Shown: positions 28,501 through 38,590 of the stretch, piece by piece
Numbering within the stretch: position 1 is the first letter of the stretch
How the letters are laid out: the number at the start of each line of letters is the position of its first letter
DNA from: Macrostomum lignano
Taxonomy: Eukaryota
NCBI GenBank assembly: GCA_002269645.1
Contig: NIVC01000609.1
Location: 57,725 to 121,724 of the forward strand
DNA length: 64,000 nt
Direction of reading: 5' to 3'
The notes under the pieces: model-generated
What the model was told of the DNA's origin: nothing
Database searches by the model: none
What the model saw: the letters and a program-made list of their open reading frames with translations, nothing else
Translations under genes and position numbers: made by a program

Positions 28501-30916
28501 AAAATCAATTTCTCGTTTTCTTAAGCGCTCCAACGCGCCCTGTAAACCGTGGCTAACAGGCGCGGCGTGATCGGCAATGATTCTGAGATAAGAGTACACA
28601 ACCACTGGCACCACAGCCTTCTTATCTAGCCAATTGTGCCTGTGCTGGCTCAGTATGTCTAGCACAGTTTCAACCAGCCACAGATTCAATGGAGACAAAT
28701 CTCCGCCAGTCATCCTGCGCAGAAGATGATGCAACACGTGCTCGGCATTGATTGTATTGCTTTTGACCAGCTCGTGAAATAGCCATAGCAACTGGCGCCG
28801 AGGCGTATCCAATAATTTAGCCCAATATTCGCCTAGCAACCGGCTGATTTCTGTGACGGCCAAATTTAAATTGTCTTTAGTAGTTAGCAGCAAGAATTTG
28901 AATGCTTTGGCCGCAAATGCTGGCTCACATAGGGAGGAATAGAGGAGGCCCAGCTGTACCGCGTTGCATGCATTATGCGATGTGAGCGACTGCAGAAAAT
29001 GGTATGGCAAATTTGTCATTTTGAAATCAAATTTGACAGCAAAATGTTAATCTTACAAAATGCGTTCACTACTTACATGCTTTAGTAGTACATCATTCAT
29101 AGCTGATTCGGAATCTTCAATTGAGTTTAGCAGCTGTTTGACTTCATTGTAGGCAGATTGCAGCAACTACAAACACAAAATGGATTTCTCTACATGAACT
29201 CATTGGATAGGCAATGATGCTCTTAACAATACTGTCCTCATATTTGTTTTATATTTTATTTATATCATATGCCTTGAATTTTAAGCTTAGTAGAGAACCT
29301 AAATATATGGCCTCTGAGAAAATTTAAGTTATACAATGAGTCTATAACATGGCCTAATTTTTATTATCATACTGCACAATATAGGCTTATTAACATAATC
29401 TTTAAATAATACAAAGCAATCTATTAAGCAAGCTAGATAACAAAGATAAGATGAGCTAAATTAAATATCTCTCAAAGTCTAGTATATATATAGCATATCT
29501 AATATAGAATTAAATCTATATGCTAAAACTACTTCTACTAAAACTATAGATATGGCTATAAGAGTTATAGATACAAAAGGTTTTACATAGAAAAAAGTAA
29601 ATACAAATACAGAATAGTTTGGACCTTAGTTGGCTACAATAAGGTTAGCCCATGTTGTAGATCATATTTTTTGTATATGCTAAAAAACTTAGCTTGGTAG
29701 TGTTTACTAATAAAAATTGCATGATTAAAACAATTAGAAATAATATAACAATTCAAAGTATTATTTGATATAAAAACCTAATATAATTTTGTTGTCAAAA
29801 TTTTCAAATAAATACTAGTACTATTATTACAAAGTCATAGTTTCTTTGCTACTAAGTAGTGGTAATAGGCTTTAATTAGGCTTTAATAGGGAGAGTCACC
29901 CTTTTAGCATATTTTATGCAATGATCTGATACTTTTATATTTACTAGATATGCTTTTGGATTATAAAAGGGTGTTTATAAATAGTATTTATATGAAAATG
30001 ATAATGTCAAAAAATTGTTTTTCTTGTATATACATTAGATGTACATTAGCTAGAGGCTAGAGCTTTTAAATGCTAGAATTTTTTAGCATTTATTATACCT
30101 TACCTACAACATGGCCTTTACTAGACATTTGGCTATTATATCAATTAACAAATGAATTCTTATCTTTTTAACTTCATTGCTATAGCTACTCCATAGTCTA
30201 GATCATACTAGGTGCATGCTTAAAACAAAAATTTAATAGGCCTGATTACAAATGCACACCAAAAAATAGAGTGCATACCCATTCTTAAAACTATGCCAGT
30301 GTGTAACAATAAATGACTTTTTATGTTATAGGCTCCTAACAATAAATGACCTTTTTGAATTATGTAGACCCCCTAATGGACCCTTCTTGGCAAATAATTT
30401 GATAGATTTTTCTTTTTTTGGTGATACTATTTGTAATGAAAATTTGATACACACAAAAGTTAGTTTGAATGCTTTATTACAAGCTTAAAAACCTAGAAAG
30501 CTGGAAATTTACACTTTAAAATGAACTTTTTTCATTTTATTAATTCACAATAACTCTTCCGTGTGATTCTATAAAGTGCATGCCAGGTGTGCATGCCTAC
30601 TTTTGGCATGCAAAGCCAATGCATGCCTGAATTTTTGGGCATATACTACATGATCCAGTGTGGTAGCTACTATATTATTCCATTGTTAGGCCCTACTATA
30701 TTTAGAATTATTTTAGATTTCAAATGGTTCTATTTAAGGCCAAATCATTTAAAATAATTTAATACTTAGTTAGGCCATAATATTTAAAATTAATACTATT
30801 AGACAATGGCATGCTTCCTCAACTCATTAACAAACAATAATTAATAAACATACCTTGACTGCATCTGGTACAACTTCGATAGCATCCTGTTGGATTAGAC
30901 CTGGAATAGTAGTCAT
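19510..30916 (-). CDS. INTS3: Integrator complex subunit 3 (SOSS-A), 10 exons, ~1225 aa
   Basis: Exons 30854-30916, 29077-29166, 28429-28989, 26748-26914, 25298-25883, 23911-24506, 23623-23787, 22204-22660, 20994-21505, 19510-19990. All introns are GT-AG with matching phases (3678 nt). Motifs match INTS3: IGRDLLRLLQ, PEFERLW, VHPSNE, KLALYYDWL, MNIEPG, DTEAQCE, RIGYYLLY, WESVEQ. Confidence 0.95.
20165..20975. repeat. 32-bp minisatellite (aagctataagcttcataaactagaaactccac)n in INTS3 intron 9
   Basis: About 25 units running up to the exon 9 donor. Confidence 0.95.
21614..21693. mobile_element. Short MITE-like element (CAGGGCCG...GGATCCGCCATTG)
   Basis: The GGATCCGCCATTG end recurs at 22149-22161. 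The 5' motif tcagggccgctgtacac recurs on the minus strand near 13860-13876. Confidence 0.45.
21877..22050. mobile_element. 174-bp palindromic MITE inserted into a 33-bp repeat in INTS3 intron 8
   Basis: ~53-bp inverted arms (21897-21949 / 21980-22031) around a central AGTCACGTGACT. The end ggttgtgcatgtatgg resembles the TIR of the 27952-28251 element. Flanked by ggaggg/gaaggg (candidate 6-bp TSD, 1 mismatch). Confidence 0.7.
22785..23570. repeat. ~19-22-bp minisatellite (gactctccccgatcccct)n in INTS3 intron 7
   Basis: Tandem units; source of the GESGDR pseudo-ORFs. Confidence 0.95.
24650..25255. repeat. ~32-bp minisatellite (tgaatctttcaccccgaaaatcccatctcccc)n in INTS3 intron 5
   Basis: About 18 units. 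Confidence 0.9.
25930..26700. repeat. Degenerate composite repeat (gattgggatttcccact core) in INTS3 intron 4
   Basis: Recurring ~18-bp core with higher-order blocks (gattccctaaggattcggattaccc at ~26070, 26185, 26350). Confidence 0.85.
26950..28385. repeat. 40-bp minisatellite (gtgactctcccctctgatctaacaggttggatgcttagct)n in INTS3 intron 3, interrupted by a MITE
   Basis: About 25 units left of 27952 and 3 units right of 28251. Confidence 0.95.
27952..28251. mobile_element. 300-bp non-autonomous DNA transposon (MITE) with 15-bp TIRs and a 6-bp TSD
   Basis: Starts CCATACATGCGCAAC and ends GTTGCACATGTATGG (14/15 inverted match). CTGTGA is duplicated at 27946-27951 and 28252-28257, and the interrupted repeat unit is restored when the element is removed. 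Confidence 0.9.
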
Positions 30917-32022
30917 TATGCTTTAAGGCGAATTTAGGGCCTAAGAGTAAGAGTCAAAATGAAGCAAAACAGATTCTGGTCTTTGTAAATTCAAACATGA
31001 AAATGTAGGTCAAGAACCACAAACCACTATTTTAACCTAGGTAGTACTAGTAGGTAGGCCTACCAAGATAGCTTAGATAGTAAAAAATCTGTGTCTCTAT
31101 TAAACTTGAGATCCAGCTTAAAAGTGGAAAGCTAGGCCGAATCAAGGACGAAAAGCGCGATTGATTGCAGTTCAGTAGTGGAGTGAGAAAATTCACACGA
31201 CCAAAAAACAAATTTTTGAAAAAACGTTTCTTAGAAAGGAAAAATACAATCCACTTCAGTGCTTCGGTAACAAGCAGATTTACGTCTGTCAACACTTTAT
31301 TATTATTATTATTATTAGGTTTAGCAATAATTAGTTTAATAGTTAACATCTCAAATATCTTATTGCACATAGTGTTAAACTTTCTAGTTAAACTGTATTA
31401 TACTTTGTTTAAACTTGCGCATTAACTTTGTGAAAAATTTAAAGGCAAAGAAATTAAGCGAAGCCGACACGGGCCAGCCATGCACCGCCGTAAAAAATAA
31501 TACGTAAAAAATACCCGGGCCATAAAAAGTAAAAAACATTTTATGATAGTTGGAAACATACAAGCTCTTTTTTAGCAGCGCCTTCTATGAACAAATGCAA
31601 TAGCACTTTTTAAGAGCCCAGCCCGCTGGCGTTGCTCCAAGTAAGGCAGTCTTTGCTCATCAGCTCATGGTTCATTGGTACCTCACGACTCACGTGCGTC
31701 CCATGGGCCGTGGGATTGCTCATGCACTTCTAAACAGGGGCATTGGTGGCCCGCTAGGTGGCTAGGCCTTTATGCCCTACTCTTCTATAGGCCTATTGTA
31801 CTAATTAGGCTTTTATTAAGTATCAGGTTTAGAAAATCTGGTTGTGCTTAGCTTGTAGGAAGATCCTAGGGGACCTAGGCTTGCTATATGCAGGCCATAG
31901 GCCCTATACAATGCAGGAAGCTTGGTATATATTATTGGCATATTGTTTTGATTAGTTGCTTTTCATTCTTATTATTATATTATTATATGTTTTGTATCAC
32001 TTCTATTATTATGGACTAAAGG

Positions 32023-32462
32023 TAGGGGGCAACTGGGATGGCCAAAGTCGGGCCCAGGAATGAGGACTTGGGCCCAGATTGAGCCTTGGGAATTTGGGAC
32101 AAGATCTTTAGGACAGGTCAATAATTGAAAAAGAATCATCATAATAAATCTAAATACTTTTAGCATATATATAGATAACTATTAAATATATAATAAATTT
32201 ATATTTAATTAAATTTAAATTTAATGTATTGAGTAAGAATTATTTTTTAATACATTAGTTAAGACTTAAGAATAGACAAGAGTTACATTACAAGACTTAA
32301 TAGGCCTACTCAAATATTTGCATATGGTTAGTGCCTTTAAGGAAAAAAGACTTGCCCACTCCCAATTTCCCAACTTTTTTAGGGTCGAGCCCAGGTTGGG
32401 CCACAATTTTGGTCGGGATTCCCAACTTTTTGGGGCTGGGCCCGGGACTAGGTCGCCCTCTA
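32023..32462. mobile_element. Old fold-back/MITE-like element with an AT-rich core
   Basis: Ends TAGGGGGCAAC and GTCGCCCTCTA are inverted (2 mismatches). There are degenerate inverted GC-rich subterminal blocks. No clear TSD. Confidence 0.35.
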
Positions 32463-33036
32463 ACTAAATGTAACAATGGCCAGTTGCACTAGCCATAGCC
32501 ATCAACATGGTTTTAATTAAAAATTAGGCCTATTAGTAGTAGTAGTAAGTTGGCTCAGGCAAGAAGCCTGTTTGGCCAGTATATTTCTGTGTATTTAAGT
32601 TATTTTAGCATTAGTTGTTTAATTACGATTAAGTTCAAAAGGTTAAATTTTTACACGAGTTACAATGCGAGTTACGATATTTGTAAAATTATTTAGGTAT
32701 TTGAAAGAGCGTTTTTTGTAAAAAGATATAGTATTTTGCAAGCGCGCAATATTTCAAAGCGTGAAAAATGAACGAAAAATGAACAAAAACGAACTTTGAA
32801 AGAACTTTACGTTAAACAAATTTATTAGGTCTTAGGCCTATCTTACTTTTAAAAGACTTAACTTTTTGTAACTTTTTTTATAAAAGTTGCCTTTTATTTA
32901 CTTTTTGTCTTATTAGTTAGCCAGATTGGTTGGGTCAGCCAATGGTAATAATTACATATGCTATGTATAAAATGCTTACTTAAGGAATCAATCAAAAACT
33001 ATAAACATTTGTTTTAATTCACTTAAGTCTATCCTA

Positions 33037-34323
33037 ATGGTATGAGACTATAGAACTAGGACCTGTATCCTATTTGTTTGCTAAAAAAGTTTTATATCAT
33101 ATTAAAATTTTAATGTTATTAGTACTTAACCATATATTCTGCATCCCTTTTGCAGGCTGTCATTGCTTCTATTGCTAAATCGGCACTCAGTGCCCACTGC
33201 CCACAGCCACACTATGTTCGCGAGTACACCTTGGTGTTGCTGCGCAGCCAGTGTGGCAGCCAGATACTGCTGGGCTATAAGAAGCGTGGATTTGGTCAAG
33301 GCAAATGGAATGGATTTGGCGGGAAGGTAGGGCTGGGAAACTGAAGACTGGGGAATTGCTTTGCTTTTGTAATCCTTGCTCATTGTTCTAGCTTACTGTT
33401 TACTGTATTTATAAATTGCTGATCTCATTCAACTGATTAATGATCACCTGTCTTAGACTGCTTATGATCCTATCTCTCTGATAATTGATTCCATCTGTTG
33501 GATATTTTTGATCCCATTTACCATGTTGCTGATCCCATCTCTCTGACCATTGATACTATCTCTCTGACCCCTGATCCCATCTTCGTGACCACTAATCGCA
33601 TCTCTCTGACCCCTGATATCATCTTATTGACGCCTGATCCCATCTCTCAGACCATTAGTTCGATCTCTCGGATATTGCTAATCCCATCTCTCGGATATTG
33701 CTGATCCCATCTCTCGGATATTGCTGATCCCATCTCTCAGATATTGCTGATCCCATCTCTCGGATATTGCTGATCCCATCTCTCAGATATCGCTGATCCC
33801 ATCTCTAACCGCCCCCACCCCCCGCCAGGTGGAAGTAGGTGAGACGCCTTTGGCCGCGGCAATCCGCGAGCTGCACGAAGAGTCCAGCCTTGAGGTGCGG
33901 CCGGCCGACATCCGCCTAGCCGGCCGCATGCTGTTCCAATTCGCCGACGAGACTCGCGTATTCCGAGTGCACATCTACACTGGCAGCCGCTGGACCGGCC
34001 AGCCAGTTGAATCGGACGAGATGCGGCCGCGCTGGTTTAATCTGGCCGACATACCGTTCGACAACATGTGGCCGGACGACGCCTATTGGCTGCCGAAGGT
34101 GCTGGCTGGCCAGTCTGTGATTGGCTACTTTCTGTACGCTGCCGACAAGGTCACGGTGCTGCATCACTGTCTGCGCGACCTGGTAGAGCCTTTGCGCGGC
34201 GATGAGGAATCCAACGAGGCGGCTGATGATGAAGACGAAATTGAAGCTGCCATAGTGAGCAATATTGGTCAGCCCGTCTGCGTCTGCGGTGCCAACCTGC
34301 CAACTCCGCTGCCTGTCAGCTAG
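33037..34323 (+). CDS. NUDT1: Oxidized purine nucleoside triphosphate hydrolase (MTH1-like Nudix hydrolase), ~222 aa
   Basis: Exons 33037-33039 (ATG only, donor GTATGA; inferred), 33156-33326 and 33829-34323. Contains the MTH1 signature [25 protein letters not shown], the Nudix box [33 protein letters not shown] and MWPDDAYW. Confidence 0.92.
33640..33810. repeat. 23-bp minisatellite (gctgatcccatctctcggatatt)n in NUDT1 intron 2
   Basis: About 6 clean units, preceded by degenerate copies from ~33470. Confidence 0.85.
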
Positions 34324-34609
34324 GCTGATTATCAGTTTTTTATTATGCTTAGCTTTAGCACTTGTCAAAATTAACAAATATTTCGCATTTAGAAGTCTGT
34401 AATAACATTTGTAATCTATTTTTTCTCCTGCCAGTTAGTGCAATCAGCTTCTAACTTATCTTGTTTTATTCAATTGTGTGTAAGGTGCTACTACTTCAAG
34501 GAAGTTTTGTGCTTTTTTCTCAGTTTTAAAATACAACGAGTTATCACTTAATTCTACGTTGTTACGTTCTTGCTTTCCAATTGAATTTGTTTATAAAAAC
34601 GGGAAAAGT

Positions 34610-34995
34610 CTAACTAAATCGATACTCCAGCTTAGTCTAGTTCTCAACACTAAAATATCGATAATCATCGATCTAACTAAATCGATACTCCGGCTCAGTC
34701 TAGTTCTCAACACTAAAATATCGATCTAACTAAATCGATAATCCAGCTCAGTCTAGTTCTCAATAGATCGATAATCCAGCTCAGTCTAGTTCTCAATAAA
34801 TCGATACTCCAGCTCAGTCTAGTTCTCAACACTAAAATATCGATAATTATCGATCTAACTAAATCGATAATCCAGCTCAGTCTAGTTCTCAATAAATCGA
34901 TACTCCAGCTCAGTCTAGTTCTCAACACTAAAATATCGATAATTATCGATCTAACTAAATCGATAATCCAGCTCAGTCTAGTTCTCAGCACTAAA
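34610..34995. repeat. Composite repeat rich in ATCGAT/TATCGATA between NUDT1 and the ABHD6-like gene
   Basis: Units aatcgataatccagctcagtctagttctcaa alternate with cactaaaatatcgataattatcgatctaac. Confidence 0.9.
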
Positions 34996-35037
34996 CTATC
35001 GGTAGGTATAACCGCCAAATTCAGGTCCTAAGCGTTG

Positions 35038-37167
35038 ATGGATTTATACGAGTCGCCGCTAGGCGAGCAGCGTCGGTCTCCATGGCAACAGTCGCATAGT
35101 CGCGATAGCGGCACGTCAGAACCGACACTCGATGCCGGCAGCACAGACAGCACTCTGTGGCTGGTCAGCCGCATCCTGTATCCACTGTTGGTGTGCCTGA
35201 TCAACTTCTCCCTAGCCATCGGTGCCTGGCTGTGCCTGCTGCACCCGCTGAGGCTCTACCGGCTTCTCCGCTGGCTGCGGGCCCGCCAAGCCGGCCTTCG
35301 ATTTCGCCTGGTGCCGCTGGACGGCGCGCACTACCGTCTGGCTGAGAAGGACCGACCGGACCGGCTGCGGCCGTCGCTGCTGCTGCTGCACAGCGTCGCC
35401 GATGACTGCACAGTGTGGACAGAGTTCGTGCGGCTGGCAGATTCCACTGTTAGTTGGTTAAAAAACTTCCTACCTTAATGTAGTAACCATAACCAAATTG
35501 CAACTGGGGTGAGGTAACGCTTTTATCACAAGCCCTAAATTTCATATATATAACGCCACATCACTAAGGGGGGCATGAGGAGGGAGGTACTCTGTAGCTG
35601 ACGCCCCCTCTGTACTTCTGGTGCCCCTCTGTATCTTGCGCTTCTATGTATCTGGCGTGCCCCTCTGTATCTGGCGTCTCTATCTGGCGTCCCTCTGTGT
35701 CTGGCGTCTATCTGGCGTCTCTATCTGGCGTCCCTCTGTGTCTGGCGTCTATCTGGCGTCTCTATCTGGCGTCCCTCTGTGTCTGGCGTCTATCTGGCGT
35801 CTCTATCTGGCGTCCCTCTATGTCTGGCGTCTCTATCTGGCGTCCCTCTATGTCTGGCGTCTCTATCTGGCGTCCCTCTGTGTCTGGCGTGCCCGTCTGT
35901 ATCTGGCGCCCCTCTGTGTCTGGCGTGCCCCTGTAGCTGACGCCCCTGCTTCAGGTGACACGACAATTTCCATTTCACTTCAGCACGAGCCGAGATTAAC
36001 TCGAATTTAATATTCGTATTCATCAATCATTTTAAACCACAAATTTATCAATACACTACATATAGCAGTAGACAGCTAGCCGGTTTCTTAATTAAAATAA
36101 ATATTTTGTTACTATTTTCCTGGCAGCTTGATCACGTGATCGCCGTCGATCTGCCGGGCCACGGCGGCAGCCTGGTTGGCTCGGAGGAAGACTTTGATTT
36201 CGGCCCGCTGGCTGACAGGATTCGCAAAGTTCTGTTGGCTGCCGGCCTGCCGCCCAACCAGCGATTGCACGCTGTCGGGTGCGGCGCGGGCGCCGGCGTG
36301 GCTTTGGCCTTGGCTGTTGGCTGGCCCAGCCAGGTTGAACTGCTCACCATGGTGTCTCCACTGCTGCCGCCGCTGACAACAGGGGATGACGGCACTGGTG
36401 TCAATAAAGACGGCAATGATAGAGCCGGTGACGGCAATGATAGAGCCAGTGACGGCAATGATAGAGCCAGAGACGGCAATGATAGAGCCAGAGATGGCAA
36501 TGATAGAGCCAGTGACGGCAATGATAGAGCCAGAGACGGCGATGATAGAGCCGGTGACGGCAATGATAGAGCCAGAGACGGCGATGATAGAGCCGGTGAC
36601 GGCAATGATAGAGCCAGAGACGGCAATGATAGAGCCGGTAACGGCAATGATAGAGCCGGTGATGGCAATGATAGAGCCAGTGACGGCAATGATAGAGCCG
36701 ACTGGCAAAGATACAACAGCGACCTGTACAACTGGCTGCTGCCCTACAATCAGGACCTGCTCACTGAGTCCATTCGGCGCCGTTTCTACCGACCAGCGGC
36801 CACTGGTGGACTGTCGATACTCTGGTGGCCGATGCGCTCAGTCTGGCTGTCGGACAGGCTGCCTAAGCTGAATTTTTATCGGGCTTTGCTGGCCAATCTG
36901 GCTGAAGAGCCTGGCCAGACCGATCTGCTGGCCTTGGCTGGCCGGGTTCGCGTGCCCGCTCACATTGTCTGGGGCGCGCAAGATGAGGCGAGTTTCAGCA
37001 TCTTGCATCTTGGGATGGCAGCCTCTGGGAGAGAAAAACTGTAGGGCCTGTATTGAGCCTGACGGATAAAAAGGCTAATTCGGGAGAAGAGCGGGGAGGG
37101 AGAAGAGAGGGGATGGGAGAAAAGAGGGGAGAGGAGAAGACAGGGGATGGGAAAAGAGAGGGGACGG

Positions 37168-37198
<31 letters not shown>

Positions 37199-37995
37199 GA
37201 GATAAGAGGAGATGGGGGAAGAGAGGGGAGAGAAGAGAGGGGAGAAGAGAGGGGAGAGAAGAGAGGGGAGAAGGAGAGGGGAGAGAAGAGAGGGGAGAGG
37301 AGAAAAGAAGAAAGGGGAGAGGAGAAAAAATGGGATGGGAGAAGAGGGGAGAGAAGATAAGAGGGGATGGGAGAAGAGAGGGGAGAGAAGAGAGTGGAGA
37401 GGAGATAAGAGGGGAGAGGAGATGAGAGGGGATGGGATGGGAGAAGAGACTCGTCACGGTTCGTTTCGATCCATTTCGCCTGTTTCGCGAGCGCGTGTGC
37501 GCAAGAGCTCACTAGTTTTTCCGTGTCTCTATCTACGAGTATGAAGAAACCAGAATAGAAAGGGAAGGGTAATAGGTGGGATGAAAAAAACAGATGTGAG
37601 ATGAAAACAGACTTTCTGTGCACACGTATATAATGAAATTTTATATCTATAGTTAACGCAGGAGGGAGAGTTGGAGCAACAGATGTTGGAAGTAGAATCT
37701 CGAGACAGTTTTATATTAAGAATGAAAATGGAAAAGCTCTAAAATGGGGAGAGAGTTATTGAGTTGGGGTATATAGCAGACTACATTATTCGTGTATTTA
37801 CAGCTGTATTAACCCTGCGCATTGCAGATTTCCCCAGCATACAACGCTGACCTGCTGCGCGACCGGCTACAGAATTTGGTACAGTTTGATCTGCTGGACG
37901 AATGCGGCCACTGTCCAGAGACTGAGTGTCCGGGTGTGCTGTATAACTTAGTGCACAAGTTTCGCAAAAATATGTCGATAAAAAAGTATAAATAA
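35038..37995 (+). CDS. ABHD6-like alpha/beta-hydrolase, probably catalytically inactive, ~479 aa
   Basis: Exons 35038-35448, 36127-36987 (GC donor GAG|GCGAGT) and 37828-37995. Order and motifs follow ABHD6: N-terminal TM, LLLLH, VIAVDLPGHG, HAVGxGxG elbow, NFYRALL, VPAHIVWGAQD, LLDECGH. Confidence 0.88.
35610..35947. repeat. ~15-18-bp minisatellite (tctatctggcgtc / cctctgtgtctggcg) in ABHD6-like intron 1
   Basis: Tandem units bounded by two ctgtagctgacgcccc motifs (35592, 35931). Confidence 0.9.
37085..37445. repeat. GA-rich low-complexity tract in ABHD6-like intron 2
   Basis: Purine-only degenerate repeat. Confidence 0.9.
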
Positions 37996-38104
37996 GTTTG
38001 CGGGTTGTTCATTGATTTTTTCAAACTTGTGTAGATACGCTTCTAAGTACGCGAGCTTTCCTTTTGGCCCGAATGTACACCTGCCTTACTCAAATCCCTA
38101 ACCC

Positions 38105-38590
38105 GAATGTACATGCCATAGACCAGCCTCTGCCCCCAATGTACATGCCACAGACCAGCCTCTGCCCCCAATGTACATGTACATGCCACAGACCAGCCTC
38201 TGCCCCCAATGTACATGTACATGCCACAGACCAGCCTCTGCCCCCAATGTACATGTACATGCCATAGACCAGCCTCTGCCCCCAATGTACATTCCACAGA
38301 CCAGCCTCTGCCCCCAATGTACATTCCACAGACCAGCCTCTGCCCCAAATGTACATGTCACATACCACCCTATGCCCCCAATGTACATGCCATAGACCAG
38401 CCTCTGCCCCCAATGTACATGCCACAGACCAGCCTCTGCCCCCAATGTACAAGCCACAGACCAGCCTCTGCCCTCAATGTACATGCCACAGACCAGCCTC
38501 TGCCCCCAATGTACATGCCACAGACCAGCCTCTGCCCCCAATGTACAAGCCACAGACCAGCCTCTGCCCTCAATGTACATGCCATAGACC
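38105..38590. repeat. 32-bp minisatellite (ccacagaccagcctctgcccccaatgtacatg)n
   Basis: About 14 units with a variable internal (tacatg)n. Confidence 0.95.
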
